A DNA stretch of 64,000 nt from Hormiphora californensis (taxonomy: Eukaryota; Animalia; Ctenophora), in the NCBI GenBank assembly GCA_020137815.1, contig CM035354.1, positions 4,712,001 to 4,776,000 of the forward strand, read 5' to 3'. Positions within the stretch are counted from its first letter, which is position 1; each line of letters starts with the position of its first letter. Positions 1 through 11,000 of the stretch are shown in pieces. Below the pieces are notes generated by a model that was not told where the DNA came from, ran no database searches, and saw only the letters and a list, made by a program, of their open reading frames with translations. A program made the translations under genes and the position numbers.

Positions 1-315
1 GCAGCCCGGAACCCCAAAGTGAAATGTGGTCTTGTCATGGTAACTGCAGTAATCCAGGCTCTCTTTCCCTCCGGTCTGGTATTCTACTGGTTTGCATCTA
101 ATTTGGCTGAAGCCCTAATCATCGTGCCATTGTTGAGTAACGATGGATTCAGGAGAGCGGTGGGCCTGCCCACTATTATAGAGGAACGAGCTAAGATGAT
201 GAAGAGCAGGCCTAATCTAAATGATCAAGCGAAGAAGGGGCTTAAGACGAGGAAGAAATTGGTGACGCGGCCACCCCCCCTACACAGGGGATCTCATCAC
301 CAAAGGAAGAAATGA
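1..315 (+). pseudogene. Degenerate duplicate of the 3' end of Oxa1 (continues off the left edge)
   Basis: GLVMVTAVIQALFPSGLVFYWFASN...DGFRRAVGLPT nearly matches 2330-2540 of the intact gene. The coiled-coil tail is deleted. Homology to ~2298-2947 runs on to ~1257, interrupted by two insertions. Confidence 0.85.
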
Positions 316-324
316 TAGTTTTGT

Positions 325-452
325 CAAAAAAAGTCAAGTGGTGGGTCTCTCGCAATCACTGCGTAAGCCGGCGGTGCTTATCTCCGATTCAAGCTCTAAG
401 CCACTCCGTACCGTGGTACTAAACTAACAGTATGGGGGCCAGCCCTACGTGC
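325..452 (-). mobile_element. Short SINE/LINE-tail-like insertion
   Basis: Absent from the paralogous site (ATAGTTTTGT|ATTAGATCTA at ~2771-2790). Flanked by AGTTTT on both sides. GGCGGTGCTTATCTCCG resembles RTE-related SINE tails (recalled). Confidence 0.5.
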
Positions 453-582
453 AGTTTTTATTAGATCTAATTTATTGCTTTTTTATGGAACGTTTTACTT
501 TGAACATTTTGTTTTCTTCTGATTGTTAATACCTCTAACTCTCTTACCCCTAAATTCACTCCGTCGCCCCCCCCCCCCCTTA

Positions 583-1218
583 TACAGGGTGTTCATATGG
601 GATCTTTACAAGCGTTGGGCTTCACCCAGAAAATATTTGACTAGATTAGGTCATGAAACTTCATACTTGGACTATTCTATACCCTCATTCAAGGTTCCTG
701 GGGTTTTTGGAGCTCTAGCACCCCCGGAAGTGTGTTTTTGGCATCAAAACTACCAGAAGGAATTTTTTGCTGGTGCTGAGACTTTGCTAAAAAATTTTTA
801 GGTATTTTCTATATTAATTCCAAAGTTTCATGATGATTGGATGTGTGGTTCAGTCACCAAGTTCCAAATAAACTGGCTGGAAAGGCCCAAAAACAGCAAA
901 AATCGATATTTTAGAGTTTTTTAGACACTTTTTTCGAAATTTCTACTTCATAAACCACATCTAATCATCACGAAACTTTGGAAATGACATAGAAAATACC
1001 CAAAAAACATTCTAGCAAAGTCTCAGCGCCAGCAAAAATTCCTTCTGGTAGTTTTGATGCCAAAAACAGACTTCCGGGGGTGCTAGAGCTCCAAAACCCC
1101 CAGGAACCTTGCATGAGGGTATAGAATAGTCCAAGTATGAAGTTTCATGACCTAATCTTGTCAACTTTTTTCTGGGTGAAGCCCAACGCTTGTAAAGATC
1201 CCATAAGAACACCCTGTA
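583..1218. mobile_element. Tc1/mariner-type MITE with ~300-bp TIRs
   Basis: TA-TACAGGGTGTTC...GAACACCCTGTA-TA termini. Mirror ORFs 523..801 and 1012..1212 reflect the arms. The empty site is visible in the paralog at ~2900-2910. Confidence 0.9.
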
Positions 1219-1258
1219 TACATCTAATTCTCCTATAATACCCCTAACTTCACTCCGG

Positions 1259-1360
1259 CTCCTGACCCGGACCCGAGCGGTGGATAACCAGGCTGTCAGG
1301 GAGGGGATTCCTACTTGGAAGCAGAAGAGAGATGATGTTTATAAACTTACTGAAGCTTAG
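1259..1360 (+). pseudogene. Internally deleted fragment of an omega-amidase/nitrilase (Nit2-like) gene
   Basis: Translates to LLTRTRAVDNQ-AVREGIPTWKQKRDDVYKLTEA*, joining the Nit2 RAVDNQ motif directly to a Nit2-like C-terminus (IRQQIPVFRQKRSDLY in human). Confidence 0.7.
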
Positions 1361-1529
1361 TTGGGTTTTTGTCCATGTCTTTTACTGTGAGTGTTTTTTG
1401 TGTAAAATTTGTTATTCAGTTCTTTTCTTTTTAAAGTTGTCTCCTCTTTAACTGCCTTGTTATTGATATTTTAACCCCTGCCTGTATCTTCAACACTTCC
1501 ATCTGTAACTCCTCAATTTCCACTTCTAG

Positions 1530-2771
1530 ATGTTGCTGGCTCGGTCGTTGCGCCTGACCACCAACTACCATTTCATAAGATGCCTCCAAACACCTTCCTC
1601 CGAACTTCTTATTGATACTGCCGCTATATCTGATACTACCGCTATATCCGATACTGCCACTGTAGTGGGTTCCATAACCGATAGTGCTGCAGTCAGCACT
1701 CTGTCCGGGACCTCACCCCTTGGGGCTGTAGCTGAGATGTCAGGTGATGTGATAGCAGGTGTGACGACTCTCCCAACTGGAGGCGCTCTAAACATTGTCA
1801 ATCACTACCAACACCTGTTGGACATGGTCCAGACTACAACTGGGCTGCCCTGGTGGGCGGTACTCTTGGGGACTGGGGTCGCTCTCAGGACCAGCCTGAT
1901 AGCGTTTAATGTCGGGTATGATAAGCAGTACATGAAGTGGGTTCCACACATCCCCAGACAGAGTGAGATATCTGAGGAGATGATGAAGGCTAAGGCTAAG
2001 GGTGATCAAGTGATGGTAATGGTTAAATACAAGGAGCTGCAATTCTTCAAGAAACAAAATAAGATGACCTGGAAGTATAGTCCTATGAAGTGGCTTGTGC
2101 CTAACGTCGCTGTTCTAACGTTAAATTTCGCCGCAGTTCGAGGTCTCGCTGTCATGCCATACCAGCCCTTCCTGGACTGCTCACTTCTCTGGCTTCCCAA
2201 CCTGACTGTCCCAGATCCAACATTCATCCTTCCCATTATGAACAGTGCTTTGGTTGGTTACAATATCAAATCTGGTGTGGATTCAGGTAACTCCCAGGCA
2301 GCAGGGTTGTTTGGGAACCCCTACGTGTTAGGTGGTCTTGTCATGGTAACTGCAGTAACCCAGGCTCTCTTTCCCTCCGGTCTGGTGGTCTACTGGTTTG
2401 CATCTAATTTTGCTGGTGCTCTAATCGTCATGCCATTGTTGAGGAACGATGGGTTCAGGAGAGCGGTGGGCCTGCCCACTATAGAGGAACGAGCTGAGAT
2501 GATGAAGAACATGCCTAATCTAAATGATCAAGCGAAGAAGGCGAGTGAGGCTTATGTAAAGACGAGGGAGATGGGGCACGAGATGGAGCAGGAGAGAAGG
2601 GAGGAGAGGTTGAGGGAAATGGAGGAGATGGAGGAGAGGGAAAAGAGAATGAGAGAGATGAGGGAGGAATTGAGACAGCAACAGGAAGAGTTGCTTATAT
2701 ACAAGGAGAAACTGAAAGAGAGTATTGAAAAAGAGGAAGAAAAATTACAGACTGTTATTGAGAAGAAATGA
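1530..2771 (+). CDS. OXA1L: Mitochondrial inner-membrane insertase Oxa1 (YidC/Oxa1/Cox18 family), single coding exon
   Basis: 413-aa ORF with a transit-like N-terminus, GLPWWA, LLWLPNLTVPDPTFILP, FPSGLVVYWFASN and a C-terminal coiled coil typical of Oxa1. Confidence 0.92.
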   Translation: MLLARSLRLTTNYHFIRCLQTPSSELLIDTAAISDTTAISDTATVVGSITDSAAVSTLSGTSPLGAVAEMSGDVIAGVTTLPTGGALNIVNHYQHLLDMVQTTTGLPWWAVLLGTGVALRTSLIAFNVGYDKQYMKWVPHIPRQSEISEEMMKAKAKGDQVMVMVKYKELQFFKKQNKMTWKYSPMKWLVPNVAVLTLNFAAVRGLAVMPYQPFLDCSLLWLPNLTVPDPTFILPIMNSALVGYNIKSGVDSGNSQAAGLFGNPYVLGGLVMVTAVTQALFPSGLVVYWFASNFAGALIVMPLLRNDGFRRAVGLPTIEERAEMMKNMPNLNDQAKKASEAYVKTREMGHEMEQERREERLREMEEMEEREKRMREMREELRQQQEELLIYKEKLKESIEKEEEKLQTVIEKK

Positions 2772-2963
2772 TAGTTTTGTATTAGATCTAATTTATTGCT
2801 TTTTTATGGAACGTTTTACTTTGAACATTGTTTTGTTATCTTCAGATTGTTAATACTTCTAACTCTCCTACCCCTAAATTCACTCCGTCGCCCCCCCCCC
2901 CTTTATTTACCTCTAACTCTCCTACAATACCCCTAACTTCACTTCGCCCCCAGTTTTAACTGT

Positions 2964-5670
2964 ATGGCACTAATAACTGAAGGATTAGCGAGGATATTTC
3001 TGTTTGAAGCATCAATATTCTTTGACAAGTTCACAAAACCGCGGTGTACATCATTCAGCGATTTCTATAGTTTTCGGAAAATCTGGACTGATTCCATACT
3101 AGGTAGGTCTTAGAATAACCATATTTTATCAAACAACTCCTTTACCATCCTCTAATTTTCAGGTGATCTAATAGAGTTCAAGGATAGCAATGTAGCTAAA
3201 GATGTACATATCCATGTCTGGCTATGTAAGGGACTAGTAGCACTGGAAGATGTACAATCCCTCGTGTTGGAAGATATGTTTCGATTCTTGGACAGACATA
3301 CCATATATGGTAGTGTGTGCTATAGGCTGGAGAAGCAGATAAAAGATCAGATTACACATATTGTAAGTCAAGAAAAATTGAGTCGAATGAATATAGTACG
3401 ATGGTGATGTGCCAGCCACCTCGAGTAGTGAAAATGAAAAAAAAATGACCTAACCGTTGTTGACAGTCGTGTGTATAATACTGATATTTTTCAGAAAGAT
3501 ACAGAACTGAGAACTAGCAGAATAAGAGATGTCGATCTGGAAAAGCTGGTTAACATCATGCAGGAGTTCATAGTTTCATTGAAACTTAATGTCCCTCAAT
3601 ACATCCAGGTATAATTAAGGGTACACCTCGGCAAAATTTTTGTCGAGTGCCCGCTTAGCTCTCCATATGGGGTTGTAGGGCATACCAAGCCGACCTCAAA
3701 TATGCAATTTTAGCCCTTAACTCGAATTCATATTTTTGCTACAGCCCCTCAAAGTTTGACCCTAAAAACCGGTTTTTAAGGTCCCTAAATTTTATTTTTA
3801 GGGCTAGAAAGCTGAAAATTTAGGGATTCATAGAGGATACCAAGGTGTATAGCTCAAACAGAAATTTTTTGAAATGGAGCTCAAATTTTTGTCTGAGACT
3901 ATTTTACTTTTTTTGACTTTGAGGCCATATTCGGACATGTTCCTATGGACCGTTAAGGCTAAAAATTGGATATTTGGTGCTCCTAACAATTGTCAAAGTA
4001 GCCACAAATTTTCAGGAGGTCCGAATTTGAAATGTGGCCTACAGGTTTCTTTTTGTAAAGCACATATTTTAGAAAAACTTAAAATGGCTATATCTCAAAA
4101 ACGGTAGGTCCTAGCGATCTAATTTCGTGCTAAATCGATTCAGCGGGTCCGATTTTGGGGGGGTCGTCTCTTAGACATTTTGCTCTAAGTCTAACCGTTT
4201 TTTCAGAAATCGTATTTTAAGGTTTGTACATGTTTAGCAGAAATGCTTCTAGCTAGAGCTAATCTTACCTATTTCTGCTAAACATGTTCAAATCTTTAAA
4301 TACGATTTCTGAAAAAAAGGTTAGACTTAGAGCAAAATGTCTAAGAGACGACCCCCCCAAAATCGGACCCGCTGAATCGATTTAGCACGAAATTAGATCG
4401 CTAGGACCTACCGTTTTTGAGATATAGCCATTTTAAGTTTTTCTAAAATATGTGCTTTACAAAAAGAAACCTGTAGGCCACATTTCAAATTCGGACCTCC
4501 TGAAAATTTGTGGCTACTTTGACAATTGTTAGGAGCACCAAATATCCAATTTTTAGCCTTAACGGTCCATAGGAACATGTCCAAATATGGCCTCAAAGTC
4601 AAAAAAAGTAAAATAGTCTCAGACAAAAAATTGAGCTCCATTTCAAAAAATTTCTGTTTGAGCTATACACCTTGGTATCCTCTATGAATCCCTAAATTTT
4701 CAGCTTTCTAGCCCTAAAAATAAAATTTAGGGACCTTAAAAACCGGTTTTTAGGGTCAAACTTTGAGGGGCTGTAGCAAAAATATGAATTCGAGTTAAGG
4801 GCTAAAATTGCATATTTGAGGTCGGCTTGGTATGCCCTACAACCCCATATGGAGAGCTAAGCGGGCACTCGACAAAAATTTTGCCGAGGTGTACCCTTAA
4901 TAGTTCTAGTTTATCTTTAGAGTTTTAGTTTTTTTTATCCAGCATACTGAAATAAGAGATATATTTTGTAAGGTTTCTAATTTGAAGGGATTTATCAATT
5001 TCACTAGCCCCATTTCAGAATCTAAGGAAAGAGGCCAAAAGAAGGATGTTTCATTATGAGGATAATCTATCTACCCAGAACGGGAAGCGCAAAAAACTTG
5101 ACTCCCCATGCTCCTCTACCATGTCACTTATTTCTCCACCGAAAAGTGCTAAAAAGAAGGTAGTAGATCGAGAATTTCACAAGCTCACAACATAACATTT
5201 TATTACAAAAATACATCACTAATAACATCCTAGATTACAAGAAGGGTATTGGACTCGTCTAGTGAGGATGAAGCCCCTCCCTCCCCATCTCCCTCTGAAG
5301 CCCCATCTACTACTCCCTCTGAAGGAGGGACTCAAGAGGAGGAGGAGGTGATACCAGCACCATCGTTAACAGTGTCTGAAGAAGAAGAGATTGTACCTAC
5401 ACCAGTAATTAAGAAGAAGAAGAAGGGTGTTACAATGCATAGACGATTACATAACCCGGATCTTACAGTTTATGTGAGTGTTTTAGTGTGGTATTAGTGT
5501 AGTATTAGTGTAGTACAAAGCTGATGTGGAACATCATCAATCATGTGATGTTTTGGAATTGAAGATAATCCCGATTTCTCTATTTTCAGGATGCAACACC
5601 CTCACCACAGTCCTCAATGAATAGGAGTGTCCGGAAATCGCCCCGAATTGTTCTGAAGGTGAAACGGTAG
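2964..5670 (+). CDS. Uncharacterised nuclear protein (helical N-domain, S/P/E-rich tail, basic NLS-like runs)
   Basis: Seven phase-consistent GT-AG exons: 2964-3102, 3163-3362, 3495-3608, 4943-4972, 5019-5159, 5234-5473, 5590-5670. Confidence 0.75.
3619..4896. mobile_element. Fold-back non-autonomous DNA transposon, Kolobok-like
   Basis: TTAA|GGGTACACCTCGGC...GCCGAGGTGTACCC|TTAA, with ~625-bp near-perfect arms and a ~26-nt spacer (4245-4270). TTAA TSD with purine 5' terminus fits Kolobok rather than piggyBac (CCY). Confidence 0.88.
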
Positions 5671-5995
5671 TTGCGCTGCTGGTGGCGAGATTTGAAGTTT
5701 CAATGGTGTGCGAATATTCAGGGGAATGAAAAACCAAGACTGTAGTAACGCGCGCAGCAGCAAAAGTGGAAAAGTACACTTTTCAGCATTTCAGAAAGTC
5801 ACCCCCGCTGACTTTCAACGCGTGTGTGTAAAACCAAACTTATTATTATGTGAATTTATCTTATCTGGCCGTATTTCAGTATTTCTCATCGTATCCGAAT
5901 GTATAACACTTGAGTCAAGCTTTTTTTGCCCACCCCAAACTCCTCTCTCCAACCCCCTCCACTACTTATAACACCTCGAATTGATTTGTAGCTCA

Positions 5996-6634
5996 ATGGA
6001 TTCACGGAAAACGAGATCAATCCTGGAACGACCACTAAGCAGGGGTAAATCAGATGTCAGTTTGAACGCATTTGCATTCCTATTCTCGGAGTATGTCCAA
6101 TACAGCACCAAACGAGTTATGACCATCCCAGATCTTCAGGCAAAACTTGCTAAGCTGGGTAATGATGTGGGATTCCACCTTGTTGAGATCATCAGTTACA
6201 GAGAGAAAAAGTAAGTACCTATTTCCGGTTTTAAATATCTGATCATATCCCTTCTTTTCGAATTATTCAGTTAACCCTCTTCCCCCTTCAGTCAGAAGCG
6301 AGAGAACAAGTTAATAAACACGTTGTTGTTCATCAAGGGTACTGTCTGGAAGAGTCTGTTCGGTAAAGAGGCAGACAAACTAGAGAGGGCTGATGACGAT
6401 GAGAGAACCTACCTCATCATAGAGAACGAACCTCTAGTCAACAAGTTCATCTCCATCCCCAAAGATAAGAGTGCTCTAAACTGTGCTGCATTCATGGGCG
6501 GGATAGTAGAGACGATTCTGAATCACAGTGGGTTCCCATGTAAGGTTACTGCTCATTGGCACAAAGGCAGTACCTTGCTGATCAAGTTTGATGATTCAGT
6601 GATGCAGAGGGAAAACGCTATCAAGAATATGTAG
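5996..6634 (+). CDS. TRAPPC5: Trafficking protein particle complex subunit 5 (Trs31)
   Basis: Exons 5996-6210 and 6292-6634. SILERPLSRGKSDVSLNAFAFLFSE, LFGKEADKLE, NEPLVNKFISIPK, LNCAAF, GFPCKVTAHW. Confidence 0.96.
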
Positions 6635-6695
6635 AGACTTGAAAAACTTGCTTTTCTCTTTGTTAGAGATTCGAAACTATTGTTTTGAAATAGAA

Positions 6696-7664
6696 AAACA
6701 AGGGACTTAGTGATGACAAATATGGCAATAAGTTAGTCACTGCGCTGGCAAGCGCAAAGGTGACCATCCCCTCCCCCCAGCCGCGCGTGCCAGAGTGCAG
6801 TAATAACTTTTTTCAGTTTTTAGCCAAAAATGGCATTTTGCGACGCCCATAGCGAGGCCCCCACTGCACCGATCGGTCTGAAATTTGGTATACAGTGTCA
6901 CATAGTCTAGATCTACTGTAGTTTAAAAGGGCAAGTCTCTATCTCTTTTAGTTTTAGAGATATGGCATCGTGAAAAAAGCAATAAATGTCCCGGGTCTAT
7001 CTATCTATCTATCTATGTATCTATCTATGTATCTATCTATCTATGGATAGACGCTGTTTTTACCAAATTTATAATCATTTTTGAGAGAAAACGACATAAG
7101 ATAGACACTTCTCGTTTGTTGCATTCGAAAGATAATCGTTCAAATTGTGTAGACGAATAGTTTTCATGTTCTAGGTCCAACCAGAACGTCTTAACAAACT
7201 GTCATAAAGATACGAGTTTTTTCAAATCAACCAAATTTCTTTGAGCTCAATTTACACCCTGAAGACGGCTTCTGATTGAAAAACGGAGACCACACTTACG
7301 AAAGATAATCGTCTATACTTTCAGAAACTATATGGCGAATTTGTGAAACTCTATTTCTAAGGGTCTCAAATCGCGTCTGAAGTGTTAAGACTGTATGAAA
7401 ATAGATATGACGATAGTACGTTTTTCGCCATAGCGACCTCAAATCTTATCCAATCGATCTCAAACTTGGTCAGCATCTTTATCTAGATGAGTCTGATAAT
7501 AATACATCCCTATCATGACGTTATAACGTCGTGACGTCACGCTATGACGTCATAATGACGTCAAAATTGAAATTTTCGTATTTTAGCGATTCCTGGCGGT
7601 CTTTACACGTCCAGACATGTCTTACATCGTATTTCACATCAGAAAATACCAAAAATATACCCCA
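6696..7664. mobile_element. Probable Helitron/Helentron-derived (DINE-1-like) non-autonomous repeat
   Basis: AAACAAG end, small GCGC..GCGC hairpin, internal (CTAT)n and CCGATCGGTCTGAAATTTGG / ATCGATCTCAAACTTGG motifs resembling such elements. No ORF; boundaries uncertain. Confidence 0.4.
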
Positions 7665-7818
7665 ATTATGCCAAAAACTAACAGAAATTAGTTGGCTGGA
7701 AAGGTGACCATTTTGTTGTCAAACTGACACCTTTGCCCGGCCCGGGTTACGGATATCATCGATGGGGTAAATAAGGGGTAAATCAGGGAGTTTGAGAAGA
7801 GAGAAAGAGAGAGATAGG

Positions 7819-7899
<81 letters not shown>

Positions 7900-8036
7900 T
7901 GAAAGAGATACATAGAGAGAGATAGAAATCAGAGAGGGAAAGATAATGATGAAACCCGGAGAGGGCAAAGGTGTCAGTTTGACAACAAAATGGTCACCTT
8001 TCCAGCCAACTAATTTCTGTTAGTTTTTGGCATAAT
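7665..8036. repeat. ~85-bp inverted repeat pair flanking a (GA)n tract
   Basis: ATTATGCCAAAAACTAACAGAAATTAG...CTTTGCCC (from 7665) and its reverse complement ending at 8036. Confidence 0.85.
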
Positions 8037-11000
8037 AAATATAACAAGTACGGGGTAAATTTAAGTGTGTTAACAATTCGTCACATGCTTTTTCTATTCT
8101 ACAGATATAGTCTGTGGGTAGTTCTGTTCTCCATCGGGAGGCGGTTGCAGTTGCGTTTCTAGAGAGTCCCATTCTGTCGTGTTCTGCTGAATTACCACTT
8201 GAGTTCATGTGCTCCTGAAGGGGGGGGGGGGTGATAATAGTACGGATAATAATAAGAGATTGGAAAGTATATTGCGAGAGAGAGAGGAAGAGATATTGTA
8301 TAGAACATGCCTAATCTCACAAAGCTAAAGAGAAACAAATTGCATTGTATTTGAGTGTGTTTCCTACCTTGTACCAGGTGTGGACCTCTGCTGGTGCCTT
8401 CCTGCCCAGTGTAGCCTGATAGACCCTGTCAACAGAACCCACAGGATCCCTACATACATCCTCGTACATAACTCGTACATACCTAGAGACGAGTAAATCG
8501 TGTGTTTTGGAAGAGAGTTTATCTTTATCGGGGACGAGATATCTGTTTTTGTTTGTGTTTTTCCGGTTTTGAACATGTGTAAATCCTGTCCTATTTGGAC
8601 TTTATGTTTGTCTGAATCATTGAAATTTCAAAGTGGGTGATTTTTACTCCGTCCGGTCGTCTCTAATCCCTTCATTTGTTCCCCTTTCCCCACCCGTAAC
8701 CCCCTTGTTTTTATACACTTACCCCCGTGAGAGGGACTCCCCGAACACAGTATCGTTGAGGTACCTCTGGCACAGGTCATGTGCCATCCTACTAACTACA
8801 CTGCCCGTAACATTCTCTCTCGGCATGTGGTTTCCATTCCAATTCACTTCCTTGTAGGATAGTCTGGAGTTTATTGTGCCTCGTGGGTCTCTGAAACTGA
8901 AAATAAGAGGATGATTAGAATCCATTGCTCCTTTATTAACATCTCACATTGCTCCTTCATAAATACATCTACTAACCTGTGCACTATGTGTAATCGGGGG
9001 TGCTCCAATAGGCCCCATTTCTCTAGAATTCTCAGGTCTCTCAATCGTATCAGTTTAGCAACTACAACAGGGTACCTCATGCACTCTCCTTCGTAGTCAA
9101 GCCTGGGAAAGTAAAAACTCTCTTTATAACGGGTAATAGAGATCATACACTATCGTATCGAACCTAGAAGAAGCAGATGTTTCTCTTCCAAATAGCATAA
9201 TTCAAATCACGTACCCCTTGATGCAATCATAGTCAGCGGAGGAATGTTCGTTTCCCTTCCAGCAACCCGTCTGTCGGTTCCTTCTCACTATTCCCCAGTT
9301 GGAGGGTCTACAATAAAACAGGTCCTTCACCAGTTGTACCTGCTTCATCTCAGAAGTCACTCCGATTAACGGCTCAAACAGATACCATGCCTGGAGAGAG
9401 GGAGGTGTGGTAATATGGTTCGAGATATTATAGACGCTTGTTCATGAAACTGTCCTAGTGGTTCTGTTCTGTAGAGTTCATGAAATGTAACCCGCCTCAA
9501 GTATATAGATTTACCTGTTTGTTTCTGTTGAACATCTCTCCCACGATTGAAGACCCCGATCTGTAGTCGCTCACCACCAGAATCACATCCTTCCCTCTAC
9601 TACCTGCAATAGGAGAGGGGTATATTGAGTTAGCTACTCTTTATCCTGTCCTTTCCCAGCTCTCTTTCTGGCACTACTCCTCTATTGTGCTCCTACTTTA
9701 CCCCTACCTCTGGTCCTACCCAGCCTAATTTTAACATTTGACTAAAAGGTTGGAATTAGATTAAACGTTTTAGCAATTATCCTGTGTTTTAGGATGTTTG
9801 GAGTAGCTGCAGTACGGAAACGAAGTTGATGACCGTACGTAATGACATCTCAAAACTTGAGCCTCCGAGAGGCCAAGATCTCCCTCAGCAGGTAAATATT
9901 TTAATACTTCTATTTCCCATTCCATGACAAAACTCCTCTGGTTACCATGGCAAGTGGTAACACAGTTGTTAAACAAGGTAACAAGCTCATCTAGTAACCA
10001 TGGTAAACGTGAGATAACACCAATTTTTCTCTCTGTGTAGGTTTGAAAACACCCTTCCCCCTCTCTACCGGCAACTTCACCAGCATGTCCAGATCATCAA
10101 GGTAGCTAAACAGAAATCCAACATCCGAGCCCTCAACAAGGAGCAGGTGGCTGCATCAAAGACATTCAAGTGAGTTAAATTGTAGAGTCTCAAAATTATT
10201 GTGCCCTAAATTAGTACACCCTTTCCAAACTCACAGTCCTCTCAAGGAGTGTATACTGTATCCATTATCCAGATTCTACTGTCTCTACTTCTTCTTTTCT
10301 ACAGGACTCTGAAGCGCTACCTCCAAGATCTCGACGAGTTGGAATGCAGGGTGTCCCTCAATGACCTACCCAAATTCAAACTAATAGCAGATCCTCTCAA
10401 GTTGGCTGCATATGAGCAAATAGTGGAGTTTGTTGAACTGGATGCCCAGTTAGATAGTTCACAACTAGATGAGTCCTCCCCTGCTGTGCTGCCTATCTCT
10501 ACACCCTCACCCCCTGGACCATCAAGAGAGATGGAGGATGAGGAAGGGGAGCACCCTGAGTTGGCACAACTCCAGCAGCTACAGAGAACAGAGGACGAGG
10601 TACAGGAGTTGGAAGCGGTGGGAGAGAGCTGGAGGAACCTACAACAGGACTTACAGGTAGCTACCTCAATCTTTTTGGAATCACCCCATATCCAGTGTTT
10701 TCAAGATTCTGAGTAGACTCTGGAGTTTTTCGTAATTTGAGGTTTTGAGGACCTGAATAACCACTTTCTACCATGTATCCCGCCCAGCCCTTATTAAACA
10801 TCTGTCCTACCAGGACGTAGCGGAGATGATGACTACCATGTCCAAGTTGGTAAAGGAGCAACAGGAGAAGGTCGATACGATAGAGGGGAATGTGGTTGAG
10901 GCAGATATGAAGACTAAAGAGGGGCTATTGGAAATTATCAAAGCTAGGAGGGCCAAGTGGGCTGGTATGCCAATAGCGGGTGCTCTTGTAGGTGAGTCCA

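Noticed and set aside
523-1212. Near-identical ORFs on opposite strands (also 3874..4107 / 4408..4641)
   Set aside because: They are mirror translations of MITE inverted arms, with no transposase motifs.
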